Source: Felis catus
Lineage: Eukaryota
Reading direction: 5' to 3'
DNA length: 64,000 nucleotides
Assembly (NCBI RefSeq): GCF_018350175.1
Contig: NC_058368.1
Location: 46,006,001-46,070,000, forward strand
Made by a program: the position numbers and the translations under genes. The notes beneath the pieces are model-generated. The model was not told the DNA's origin. It made no database searches and worked only from the letters and a program-made list of their open reading frames with translations. Within the stretch, counting starts at the first letter, position 1, and every line of letters starts with the position of its first letter. Positions 24,990 to 37,692 of this stretch are shown in pieces.

Positions 24990-27190
24990 GATATTCAATC
25001 ATTTGTTCCTTCAACAAATATTCACCCCAAAGATAAATAGTACTAATCTCTGTCCTCATGTACTTTATACTTAGTGAAGCAAGACAAATAACTATGAAAT
25101 AATTAAGTAAAATATATAATGTGTCAGATGGTGTGAAGCTTACAAAGGAAACAGAAAGCAAGGAAATGGTAGAGAGATTTGGAGAAAGGGGTGCATTTTG
25201 AATAAGGTAGTCAGAGAAGGTATTCATTGGGAAGAGACACTTGAAAAACGCCCTTCATGAAATTAGACAGTGAATTAAGGCAGGTAAGGGAACTGCAATC
25301 AAGACAGAGGGAACAGCCAGTCTAAAGGCACTGAAGTAGACGCATGTCAAACCTGCTTAAAGAAAGACAAGATTGGGGTAGCTGGAATAAAACAAGGAGA
25401 ATGGTCAAATGCATGTTGTGTCAGCTTGGGTCTTTCTCTCATTATTTCCCCAATATTTCTCACCATATTAATGTGGGCTATGCACAGTATAATCAAGAGC
25501 AATCTGAAAGCAGTGTAACAATTTGATTTTTACTCTAAACAAGATGAAAAGTTTTTGGTAGTTTTGAGCAAAGCAGCAACCTGGTCTGCCTTACATATTA
25601 AAGGTTTTGTTCTGGAAGCTCTACAGAGGATAGGTAACAGAGGGCAGGAGATGAACAGTGACACCAATTAGAACATCATTGCAGTAGTCAAGTTGAGAGA
25701 TGTTGATAACTTGCATCAGAGGAGCAGTATTCAAGGTTGTGATAAATGGTTGGATTCTGTATATATTTTAAAGGGTGAGACAAGATGATTTACGGATAGA
25801 TTAAATATGGGGTGAAAAGGAAAACCCAAGGATGACTAGATTCATTGGTGCAGGCAACTGTAAGAATGGAGTTACCATTTCTTTAGATGTGGGCATTTGT
25901 GGACAAGACCTCTTTCCCCTAATCTGGAAAGACAGATCAGGTGTTATATTTTGGTTGTGTTTAACATGGAGATATCTTCTAACAAAATGCATACCAAAAG
26001 CATGTAAGAAATTAGATACATAATTCTAGAGTTCAGAGAAGTAGTGTAGGCTGGGAACATCAGTGTATGGAGAATACTTAAGACTGTGGGAAATAATGAG
26101 GTCACCAAGGAAATACATCTAAATAAAGGAAAGGAAAGCTCTGAGTCATGATATAAGTTCAAGGTCAGAGAAGAGTGGTTTGTAAAGAAGAATGAATGAG
26201 GACTGTGCTATATCTGGGAAGCCATAGGGGTGAAAAATGTATTAATGTTATCAACAATAGCTGAACTATGGAAAGAGTGCAAATGTCTATCGACTGATGA
26301 ATGGGTAAAGAAGATATGGTGTGTATATATATATATACACAAACAGAATGTCAAATAGAATGAAATCTGACCATCTGTAATGCTGTTGGATGGAACTAGC
26401 ATGTATTATGCTAAGCAAAATAAGTCAACCACAGAAAGACAAATATGATTTCACTCATACGTGGAATTTAAGAAACAAAACAGATGAACATATGGGAACA
26501 GGGGGAAATGAGAGAAGAGAGGGAAACAAACCACAGGAGACTCTTAATAATAAAGAACAAACTGAAGGTTGATGGAGGGAGGTGGGTGGGAGATGGGCTA
26601 GTTGAATGTTGAGTATTAAGGATGGCACTTGTTGTGTTGAGTTCTGGGTGTTGTACATAAGTGATGAACCACTGAATTCTACTCCTGGAACCAATATTGC
26701 ACTGTATGTTAAGTAAAATTTAAATTAAAAAAAAAAACAATGTATTAATGAAGAAGGAATCAACTCTCAAACACAGTTTGACTGATGGTCACTGATATAA
26801 ATTTGACCACTGGGTTTAGCACCACCTTTGGTTACCAAGACAAGAGTATTTTTAGTTGAGCAGTTGAGACAAAAACTTGCTTGGAATAGGTTTAAAAAGA
26901 AAATAAGACAAAGGTTAGTTTGGGAAATTATAAACAATTTTTTGAGGACCTTTGTTATAAAGAAGATCAGAGAAATAAGATAGTAGCTGGGGGTAAGTGC
27001 AGGGTCAGGCTTTTGGTTTGGAGTTTAATTCTCTTTGGGAATTATCCAATAAAAAGGGAAAATGTACAATGACTCAGGATAGAGTTGAGAAGATTACTGG
27101 AGATATGTGCCCAGAGAAGTCAGAAGAGTGTGGAATTTGCTGCATCAGAGACACCTTCATGTGAGGAATACTATCAAACACACAGATGAA
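24990..27190 (-). mobile_element. Long L2 fragment interrupted by an L1
   Basis: Starts ATTCAATCATTTGTTCCTTCAACAAATATT (antisense L2 3' end); purine-rich L2 body motifs such as ATTGCAGTAGTCAAGTTGAGAGATG, GGTTGGATTCTGTATATATTTTAAAGG. Confidence 0.75.
26248..26738 (+). mobile_element. 5'-truncated carnivore L1 3' end
   Basis: MELACIMLSKISQPQKDKY motif, 3' UTR, A tail; TSD AATGTATTAATG (26236-26247, 26739-26750). Confidence 0.95.
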
Positions 27191-27200
27191 GAGTAACAGA

Positions 27201-27362
27201 GGGGTGCCTGGATGGCTCAGTCAGTTAAGCATCTGAGAATTTTGATTTTCTGCTCAGGTCATGATCTCACAGTCCTGAGATAGAGCCTTCTGTAGGGCTC
27301 TGTGCCAGGCATTGAGCCTGCTTAAGATTCTCTCTTCCTCTCTCTCTGTCCCTCTTCCTCTT

Positions 27363-27394
<32 letters not shown>

Positions 27395-28310
27395 GCTCTT
27401 CCTCTCTCTTGCTCTCTCCCTCTCTCTTGCTCTCTCTCTCTCTTCCTCTCTCTCTCTCTCTCACTCTCGCTCTTCCTCTCTCTTGCTCTCTCTCTCTTCC
27501 TCTCTCTCTCTCTCTCTCGTGCGCGCGCTCTTCCTCTCTCTTGCTCTCTCTCTCTCTCTCTTCCTCTCTCTTGCTCTCTCTCGCTCTTCCTCTCTCTTGC
27601 TCTCTCTCTCTTCCTCTCTCTCTCTCTTTCTTCCTCTCTCTTGCTCTCTCTCTCACTTCCTCTCTCTTGCTCTCGCTCTCTCGCTCTTCCTCTCTCTTGC
27701 TCGCTCTCTCTCTCTCTCTCGCTCTTCCTCTCTCTTGCTCTCTCTCTCTCTTCCTCTCTCTTGCTCTCTCTCTCTCTTCCTCTCTCTCTCTCTCTCTCTC
27801 ACTCTCGCTCTTCCTCTCTCTTGCTCTCTCTCTTTCTTCCTCTCTCTTGCTCTCGCTCTCTCGCTCTTCCTCTCTCTTGCTCGCTCTCTCTCTCTCTCTC
27901 GCTCTTCCTCTCTCTTGCTCTCTCTCTCTCTTCCTCTCTCTTGCTCTCTCTCTCTCTTCCTCTCTCTCTCTCTCTCTCTCTCACTCTCGCTCTTCCTCTC
28001 TCTTGCTCTCTCTCTCTTCCTCTCTCTCTCTCTCTCTCGTGCGCGCGCTCTTCCTCTCTCTTGCTCGCTCTCTCTCTCTCTTCCTCTCTCTTGCTCTCTC
28101 TCGCTCTTCCTCTCTCTTGCTCTCGCTCTCTCGCTCTTCCTCTCTCTTGCTCGCTCTCTCTCTCTCTCTCGCTCTTCCTCTCTCTTGCTCTCTCTCTTTC
28201 TTCCTCTCTCTTGCTCTCGCTCTCTCGCTCTTCCTCTCTCTCTCTCTCTCACTCTCGCTCTTCCTCTCTCTTGCTCGCTCTCTCTCTCTCTCTCGCTCTT
28301 CCTCTCTCTT

Positions 28311-28355
<45 letters not shown>
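27201..28355 (+). mobile_element. Can-SINE with massively expanded CT tract and no A tail
   Basis: GGGGTGCCTGGATGGCTCAG head; TSD AGTAACAGAG / AGCAACAGAG flanks the whole 1.15 kb. Confidence 0.9.
27329..28355. repeat. ~1-kb compound CT minisatellite with higher-order units
   Basis: Recurring CTCTTCCTCTCTCTTG unit; 27661-27780 identical to 27841-27960. Confidence 0.97.
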
Positions 28356-29879
28356 AAGCAACAGAGCTTAACCTATGAAGGATCCAGAGCTCATCAGAGA
28401 ATTGGGTGACTCTTCAGTTAACCAACATGGTTTAGGTTACTCCTTTACAGTACAGAGTGAGCATATAACAAAACCTCCTTTTTTATGTAACTTCTAGTTG
28501 AACTTCTTGTGGTCAGGTTAATATACTAAGAGATAGGTATATAATTAATGCAAGATGCTAGTGTGGTCCTCTTAACTGATCCTCTTTTAAGTTTATAAAA
28601 CTCTATTTGAAAATGAATCTTTAAAAACTATTTTGTGTAGTTAAGCATATCTCATGAAATACAATAAAAGGTTATAACCTGTGACACTGTGAAAGTCATT
28701 ATAGTGACATGCTATGCCACGCTGTTATCATGAAGAGCAAGGAGGCTCCCATTCACTGATGGTCCACATTGTTGGACACTGGACAGGGAAATGAGTTTCA
28801 GCACAAGCAAATCAGAGACAAATATTCCAAAGTGTGCATGTATGTGCACAGACATGTGCACTTATGCTATTGCATATATTAACATGCAGAAGGCAAAATA
28901 TTTTTCTCCCTGCCTTTCCTGTATGTCACCTATAGTGAGGAGACATTCTAAAGATTGGAGCTTTCACAGAATTTCCAGAAGAATGAGGAAAATTTCATAT
29001 TCCTTCCTTGTCATTGACTGAATGGAGGTTTCTCTCAGAATCAGGCAAATAGAGATTCTCTCTCTATCTGTGTGAATGAATTTGAATGCACACAGACATC
29101 AGACAAATTTCCTGAAATTGTAGAAGTTAGGGAGAGAATGCTGAGCAGTTTTTGGAATATAATCATTGCCTACATTAGGAAGTTTCCAGGAACATTTTCT
29201 TACTAAATTACTTTAAGAACAAAAATCTAGCATGACAATTTAAGCAGGAGGACCTTGAGTTATTGGCAAAACAAGCCAGTGGTGCTTTAATTACACAATT
29301 CGCCTTTCTTCTTTTTCTGTTAATTCCCAGTTAAGCTCAGTATCTCCATTAAACACTTGTGGAGCTTTTATCTTGTGTCACACTCTGGAAATAGAGAGGT
29401 GAAAAGAGGAGATTGCTGTCCTTAAGTCATCTACATTTCAGTAAGGCGAGCGTGCAAGTACACGCACACTGGGGGACGACTAGCAAAGTTGGGCAAAGTA
29501 GACGCTTAGAGTCAAGAGGAAACAGAAAAATAAGAAGTGTGATCTCTGAAACACTCACGATCCAAATGAAGATGCAAGTCTTTGAGAAATGCCCCCCAAT
29601 CTTTTCCACTCCCCACTCTCCCCCAAAAAGCAAGCCAGTGGCGTAGTCAGGTGTTACTGCAGAGAATGCTGCATTAATTCCAGGCAGGGCCGGATGGCAG
29701 CAGGTGACAGTGTTTTTCCATTTCTCCCATGGACACCAGCCAAAGCTCCCGCGGTGGCTCTCCAAGGTGTTTCAGGTCTGGTGTCAATTCAACTCTGACC
29801 TCACCTCCTCTTGGGCCTCTTTCACTCTGCTCTCGCCACACTGGCTTCTTCCTGCCAGGTGTACCAAACAAGTTCCTTG

Positions 29880-30265
29880 GTTAAAGCCCTTGGTAATCTG
29901 CTCCTTCCTTCTGGAAGGCTCTTGTCTCACATTATCTAGATGACTCCCTTTCTCATCTGCTCCAAGATTTTGCTCAAACATCTTCTCAAAAAGTCTTTTC
30001 TGACTAGCCTTCTTTAAATTGCAGTCCCTCCCCTACCACACTCTGAAACATCCTTACTCTGCTTGATTTACATTTTAACCTACTACATCATCTTTAATCT
30101 CTAAATGATTTAACCTACTGTGTTACTTTCTAAATTATGCTTGAACTTTACATGTTTACTCTCATTAGACTGTAAGCTCCGCAAGAATAGGAATTTCTCT
30201 TTTGCTTATATATTGGTGGTACGCCAAGCGCATAGAACAGTGCCAAGCATATAACAGGACACAAT
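29880..30265 (+). mobile_element. L2 3' end
   Basis: TTAGACTGTAAGCTCC…TAGAACAGTGCCAAGCATATAACAGG. Confidence 0.75.
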
Positions 30266-33200
30266 ATATATATATATATTTTTAATAAACACTCTAAAAA
30301 CATTTCCTCTGCACGCTGATGTTAGTTGGTGAGAAACTCGTGTTGCTCTTACGCATGTGACCAGTGTTGTCATGAGGTGTTATTGTTTTAATCATGGGAC
30401 ATTTAAAGGTATTGTAAACCACACAATACCCAGTAGGGTATTAGTAGGTTTAGCAATACCTAAACCTTAGCATACTGCTACGGAAAATATGTTTTTAATA
30501 GTGGTAACTAATGGTTACTCTGTTACAACAGTCAGTACAAAAGTACATTTAATATATTTACTATAAATATCTTCTCTCCCTGCATTAATTCATATCTGGT
30601 TGTAGGGAAGAGAAGTCAGGCAGGAGTCACAGTATAATTCATACATTGAGCAGAGTTTTGAGTACCAAGTAGGTGCCAAGCACTGTTTTGATGTAAGGAA
30701 TAGTGAGTAAAAAATACCTGTAAAGATCATGTTATCATGGCATTTACATTCTGGGGGTTCTGTGTTCTTTTGTGCTCTCGATTATTATAAAAGAGACTGT
30801 CGTGCCAATATTCAAGGACAGATCTGAGATCATGCATTTGGACAGCTATGTAAAAGACAATGCAGAGCAAAAGTACAAGGGGTGTGAGTAATAAGCAATA
30901 TGGTGTTTAGTAAAAATTAAACAATGTTTTGAGCTCAGGATTTCCTTCCATACCTGCTATTCACATCAATACTAATCTCAGAACAGGACTTGAGCCTATA
31001 AGACAAAGGAAAGTAGAGACACCTGCTGGAGTGACAGGGTGAGGAAACAGGAAGGAGACGATGACAAAGACTGGCATTTCATCTAAGGTCACAGAGAGAA
31101 AACAATCAGCAACGTGAATAGACAAGAAAGTTCTGACTGCTAATCAAGCGCTTGAATAATTGGATATTTCTAGTCCTTTTATTATAAAATATAAAAGGGT
31201 AATAAAGAACAATTTAGTATTTGGAGTATTTAATTCAAAATTAGTAAGTGCTAATTGAAAATCCATTATTTTTAGCTACTAATAATTAAAGCAATTATAA
31301 AGCGAGTTCAATCTCCATTACAACATATTTTTAAGGTAAAATACACTGGAAAGATATTTTCCTCTTCCAAGAAATTAAATCTCTTATATATTAGAAAACA
31401 AATATTCGGGCTCCAAGAATCCCCATCATTTTGGATAGGTTGAATTTATTTATTTTCCAGGAGATGTAACAATTAGATAAGTCTATGAGGAATGGAGGAG
31501 GAGGCCCCTGAGGTCATGGTGGATGTGTTTTCTCAGTTTGCCCATGCTGTGCTAAAAAGCTGTTGTCTAAGGCAAAGGCAGCAGAAGAAAATGCATTACA
31601 AAAAAAAAAAAAAAAGAAAAAGAAAAAAAAAAGAGGGCTCCTGTGAATTTATGAGAAGTGCATCACAAAGACAAATATTTCAGCCATGCAATTCCATTCG
31701 GCCTTTTCAGCTGTGTGTCCATAGCAAGTCAACGGCTAAATTGAAAAATCAATTCCAATTTAAATTATTGGAATAAAGAACACCAGGAGTCAGAGATAAA
31801 ATGGCTTTGTTCTCTGAGATCCTTTTTAATTGGAAAGTTATTTCTTCAGGGTATTCTAATGGTTCTGAGGGAAGATTGCAAAATAAAGTTGATCGGCTGG
31901 GGGAAGGTTAATAGCTAATGTGCTTTCCTCCTGCTCAGCAGCCTCCTGTCTTTATGACATCCCCCATCATATCTGGAAGGACTGAAGGTTCTAAATCATC
32001 TGATACATGCAAGGACTGTATTTTCTCTTAGTCTTTCAAAAATCATCCTGAGGCTTGAACCTTGGCAGAGTGTTATTGCTTTTTCTAGCCTTTCCAACTG
32101 GACTCACTTTTGCTAACAAATGTCATAGGACACATTTCTTCTTTCTTTTCCTTCTCTCATTCTTTTTTTCTTCTTTTTTAAAGTTTCCTGGTGTGGCTGT
32201 TTCCTCTGACACTCAAGTGGTAATTAATGGGAATAAAAGATACCTGAAGAGGATACTACCAAAAGCTGTTTCTTAATGATGGAAAAAGGAAGAAAAACTT
32301 TGCTGGCCTGTATTAAACAGAGGAAAAAAATATATAGACTTAGTAGATGGAACAAAGGTACAAAGATAGGACAAAGGAAAAAATGTAGAATTTATGGAAA
32401 ATGTTAATAAATATTATGAAAAAGCTAATGTTGATTATAGTGAGAAACCAAAAGTCATGTTTAGAAAGCTTCAGCCAAAAGTTCTAAAACTAAAGTTTAA
32501 TTAAACATATAATAACCTTTGCTCTGCCTGTAGAAAATTGTTTGGGGCAGCTGTTGATTAAAAACCTTAAATGAGCATTTAATTTGAAATTAATAAAACA
32601 GTTATGGTATGTGTTAGGAAAAGTTACTGAGGTTTGCTTAGTATATTTAATTACTATAAAAGAGATAAATCTCGTTGCCATGTAATGAACTCAGAAGTGC
32701 AGATACAGTAAATATGTACTTACGTTCTTGTTATTAATGCATTAAATTTGTAAGAATATTTAGGAATTTAATTAGCATTTAATAAGATAGCTATAGCAAA
32801 TTACAGTAGTTAGACGTTAAATGTAAATTAATATTTTTAGTATTTAATTGATATTAACTAATTAATTACTGTTTATTACATGGTGGCTAGATTTATCTTT
32901 TATGGAGTTATTAAATCTCAATTAAAATGCTCTTTTAAGAGGGCACATTCAATTAAAAATAATATTCTCTAAGAATTTCATAACTTCCTTCTCCTCAGGA
33001 CTTGGGGTACATAAGTGCATCAAATCAAATAACCAAGGTGGTTTAGAAAGAAACCCAACTGGGATTATGCCTGAGTTGTTCAAGCAATTCCAGACCTGTC
33101 CCAAGTAAAGACTTATTTATTGAAAGTCATATTTTTTCCTATTAAAGTTATAAGCATATCTAGGCTAAGATCCCGACTCAAAACTCTCTCTCCACAGTTG

Positions 33201-33611
33201 ATGATACTTGGTTCAGGAATTACTCTTTGAGAAAGGTGACTATGGGCTATTAAAATAAAAAATGCTATTTATTATTTGTTATTTCTCCCCTGGTGTGACT
33301 TAATATTTCAGATACAACATGGCAATTAATTGAGACCAAATTTTGCTAGAGGGAGGTTTAGTAAGATCATGAATTCACTAAGGGGACAATAATTAAATGT
33401 ATTAGACTGCAAGAGAAAGAAAATAAAAGAGAAGGAAATACACTAGTTGAAATTTCATTTTTCCATTGAGGTCTCTGTCACTCCAGTCAATTCCTAAAAT
33501 GTAGTCTGGGCTTAATGATAAATATCGTCTGAGTTGAATGTATTAAATCTGCCACATTGGACACCAAATACTTCCTATAGCTACTTTACAGTTATTCTGA
33601 AATCTAATCTG

Positions 33612-33885
33612 AGACAGTAGAGAGTGGAGGTTAACTATCTCCACAATGGAGTAGACTTGCCTCATTTCAAGCCCTGACTACCTCCTTCAAGGTATGTCTC
33701 CTTTAAAAAGGCATATTACCATTACTATATATTGCAATTTTGTGCCTTAGTGTCTTCCATAATTACAGATGACAATGCCCATCTGAGGATTATCCTGAGT
33801 TAATAAATGTTAATTAAGTTAATAAATGTAAGACATTTTAGAACAACACCTAGCACCTAGCAAGAACTCAACAAATGCTTATTGC
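33612..33885 (+). mobile_element. MIR
   Basis: GTGCCTTAGTGTCTTCCAT core and TTAGAACAACACCTAGCACCTAGCAAGAACTCAACAAATG end. Confidence 0.7.
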
Positions 33886-36800
33886 TTTTATAGTCTCCAA
33901 TGTTAAAGTAATAGTGTGTGTTGTCTACATTTTAGAGCTGGGGAAGATACATTATGTCCTGGCACACTGAAAGCAATTGGAAAACAAATTAGCTTATTTT
34001 TATTTAGTTTTATCTCCTTAGATAATTAATCTTAGTCATTGTAAATATTTATCGTTACCCACGAGTCATTTTTTGGCAAAGCTATAAGTATTATGTGATT
34101 TTAATCTTTTTTTATGAATCAATCCTTGAAAATCCTTTGCCAATTTTGTTCCTACAATTTTCAAGCGTAATGAAGATATTAAATAAAACCTATCTTACAT
34201 TGATTCTTGCTTCACTCTACTAGATATCTAGCATCTCAGCTCAATAAATAGCCATTCATCATTATTTATTTATTTATTTTTTAGTCAGTCTTAGGTCTTG
34301 TGGCAATAATCTTACCTAAACTAAATGAAATTAATTTCAGTTAATATTGCCTAAAATAATTTCTGAAACACAAGTATTCCACTGCTTATAATGCTATATC
34401 ATGTTTATCTCTAGTATGTGAAATTAGTTCATAAAATTTGTATTAAAAATACTTGGTTTACATTATAATTTGATGTTTTATAGATATATATATAAAATAT
34501 ATGTATACACACTCAATTTCTGTTGATAATTTTCTGAAATAATGAGCTTAAATGAGAAGAAACAGATTCATATACTAGCCGCCTTACACATACCATTTAC
34601 ATTATTTTAGCTTACTTTTACTGTTTTGTAAGAAAGGCTTTAATGCTATACTCTTAAAAAGAAAAAAAAAAAACCTTCCAAATCTATTATGCTTTTAAAT
34701 TCGACTCAATGAAACAACAAAATTCTTCTCTATTACTTGTGTTTGCTCTGCATTTTTCTTTTGCTTGTCACTTCATAGAGTTTTTTTTCCCCTTGAAATA
34801 AGTCAAAAGGAATAAACTTTTAATGTAAAGCCATTAGCCAAAAATTTAAATTAAATGGATGATACTCTCTTCTGTGAGCAATAGCAATGAAGATATTAAT
34901 ATACTCGTGTTTAAAATAACAAAAAGCAGTGAAAACAAAGGATGGAAAAGACAAGTCCATGGAAGTGTGGTCTCTTGTTTCTTAGATTCTTCCTCAGTCT
35001 CAGCTGATTCAACCTTGGTCTTTAGATGTGTGAGACTAAGCTCTGTGGCAGGAAAGAACTAAAGGCGAAATGACAGGGCATTTGACAGATGCGCAGAAAA
35101 AATGATTTACTCAAGAGGAAAAAGAATAAAGATGAGAAGGGGGAAAAAAGCAAACATTTGATCAGAGAAGTTACTAGAGGGAAAAAAGAGGCGGGAAAAT
35201 GGATACAGGATTACAAGAGTGCTTTGGATGTTGAGATGTGGGTTTGAAATTGACTGAAAGTCACAGGGGAAGAAATTGATTTTCATCACTAATATTTTGA
35301 ATGGATCAAACCAGAGTTTGACAGAAGAAAAATAGAACCAAAAACAATGAGCTTGTTGCTTTAAAAAGCACCTAAAATGTCTGCAAGGAGCAGGGTTTGG
35401 TCGACAAGGAGAAACTGAAGTCACCAGTAGTGACAAAAATGTCTGAAAGGGGACAAAATTGAATATCTAACTTAACATGGCTTCTTGACTACAAGGTGTT
35501 ACTCTCATAGAACAGGAAGTAAACAGCCGTTCTTGTTTATTCAGCTCATAGGATGGACTGTCAATTTATTATTGGATGCACTCCTCAAGTCTGTTCATTC
35601 TGCTCTTGCCTCTTGTAGGTACCCATTCCCCTATTTCTATCAATGTTCTATCCCTTACGTTCAATACGTGATATTGTTATAACTGCTTCAACCTCAAATT
35701 CTGCCAGTCTTCTAGATCTTCACCTTAGCTCTGCTGATTCAGTGCCCGTCCAATGATATTCTCCAATTTTTACCCAATTCTTGGACTCCTTTCATGATAG
35801 CACATCCAAAGGAGATATAAAAACACTTTTATTCTGCCCTGATTGGCCAGCCACAAAAAGACTTCTGTATGCCATATGACACCAGAGGTGACAGAATTAG
35901 AGGAGGACAATGCTGGAGTAAAGCAATCCATGACACTATTCAATAAATACCTATCACAGGGTAACACACAATATCATTTTCATAACTGAAGATTAAGCTC
36001 TGAGAGGGTTATCAGAAATATATTTCATGAGGAGCTGCAGAATGCCCTTTCAAAGGTACCCGAAAACAACCACTGCCTCACTGCTTTCCCAGTGCCACCT
36101 ACATGTCACAGATTAGTGTCTTCTACCAGTTCCACATGACTAGAATGCAACATTCACTTTAGGGCCCATATCAACCCTTGGAGAAGATGCACCTTTTCTC
36201 TAGGCCCCATTCTCAGAACACGGACAAAATTCTGGCCAATGGGAGAGCCGTCATCTAAGCCATCAAAGAGCATGAGTCTGTTAAACAAATTTTTAAACCT
36301 AAGAAAAATGCCAGTATCCGTTTTATATTTGAATGGACTTTCTAGTTGCTTACTCACTTTGCGATTTAAACCAGGGCCCAAGGGATTCCAGAGAGACAGT
36401 ATTACCCAGTGCAATGTGAAGTTGACGAGTATAGTCCAGAAAAATACACTATGGGAGTGGATACAGCACCAGTTGCACATACCACAAAACTATGGGGGAG
36501 AGATGAACATGACATATGGATAACATATCAGAGCTGCACCTTAGATACTGGGTTTGCTGTGAGGGTTGAGGGTAGGTACAAGATATCTGACGGTCAGGAC
36601 TGAGCCCTATATCTAATAGTAGACCAACCGGGAACAGCAGGGCATGTGGGGAATGAATTTAAAAACTCTGCGCTTCATACATTATGTCTTTCTAAGCATT
36701 TGGAGACACTGGGGAAAAGTATTCCCCTACCTCAAACCTTAGCACCCATGACAGTGTGAATAGATCTTTCTCTAAAAGAAGACAATATAGAAAACCACTT

Positions 36801-37197
36801 TCCTTCTCAGAGAGATGCTAGCAGAATATAGAAAATGAGAAATCAGGTAAGGGAAGTTTAACTTGAAATCTAAGTTATGCCTTAAATACCTATTTACATA
36901 ATTTAAGGGAAGATTATATTTGCACCCAATCCACCTACTTTATAACTCTTCAATGACCCGATGGTTGTGCAACTTGTCACTGTAAAAAGGCACTGGGAAA
37001 CGAAGAATGTGGAGGATGAAATCTAGGTAGTATTTGCATCCCCAAGATTTGAAGCTTAGCCTGAGAACAATATACAGAGCATGGTGAAGAGCAGTGGTTG
37101 TGTTTCCTTGGGTGTTCCCTCTATGCTAAATTCTCATGCACTACTAATTATAGAACACATATTTGAATTGAGAATACTTGAGACAGAGGAAGAAAAC

Positions 37198-37376
37198 AGT
37201 TTATTTATTTTCAGAGAGAGAGACAGAGACAGAGGGAGCAAGAGCAATGGAGGGGGGAGAGAGAAAGGAAAAGAGAGAGAATCCCAAGCAGGTTCCTCAC
37301 TGCCAGCAGGGAGCTGGACACAGGGCTCCATCCCAGGAACTGTGTGATGATGACCCGGGCCACCCAAGCACCCAGG
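37198..37376 (-). mobile_element. Degraded Can-SINE with internal deletion
   Basis: GAGAGAATCCCAAGCAGG…GGCCACCCAAGCACCC. Confidence 0.85.
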
Positions 37377-37599
37377 ACAAAGGAAGAAAATAGAAAAGGG
37401 GTTTCTCTGAATTTTGTGCACAATAACGTACACTTCCACCCCAACATTTATGCAACTATTCATCTTATTGGACTGATCAATTTTGCTTGGAAACCAAGTC
37501 TCCAAGTAAACTTCAGTTGTGAGATACTGAGTAACATAAAGCATCGCATTGACTCTAACTAGGATAGTTATAAAATACAAAAATGCTTTCTATTGGGGT

Positions 37600-37692
37600 G
37601 CCCGCCCCACACCCTACTTCCCTTGTGACAACCACTTGTTTGTTCTCTGTATTTAAGGGTCTGTTTTTTTTTTATTTGCCTCTTTTTTTCTT
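37600..37692 (-). mobile_element. Short L1 3' UTR fragment
   Basis: GTGACAACCACTTGTTTGTTCTCTGTATTTAAGGGTCTGTTT is antisense to the L1 UTR seen at 2770-2830. Confidence 0.6.

Noticed and set aside
27267..28409. Long ORFs (365, 320, 245, 234 aa) rich in Leu/Ser or Arg/Glu
   Set aside because: Artefacts of the CT/GA repeat lacking stop codons; open in many frames on both strands, with no splice or promoter context
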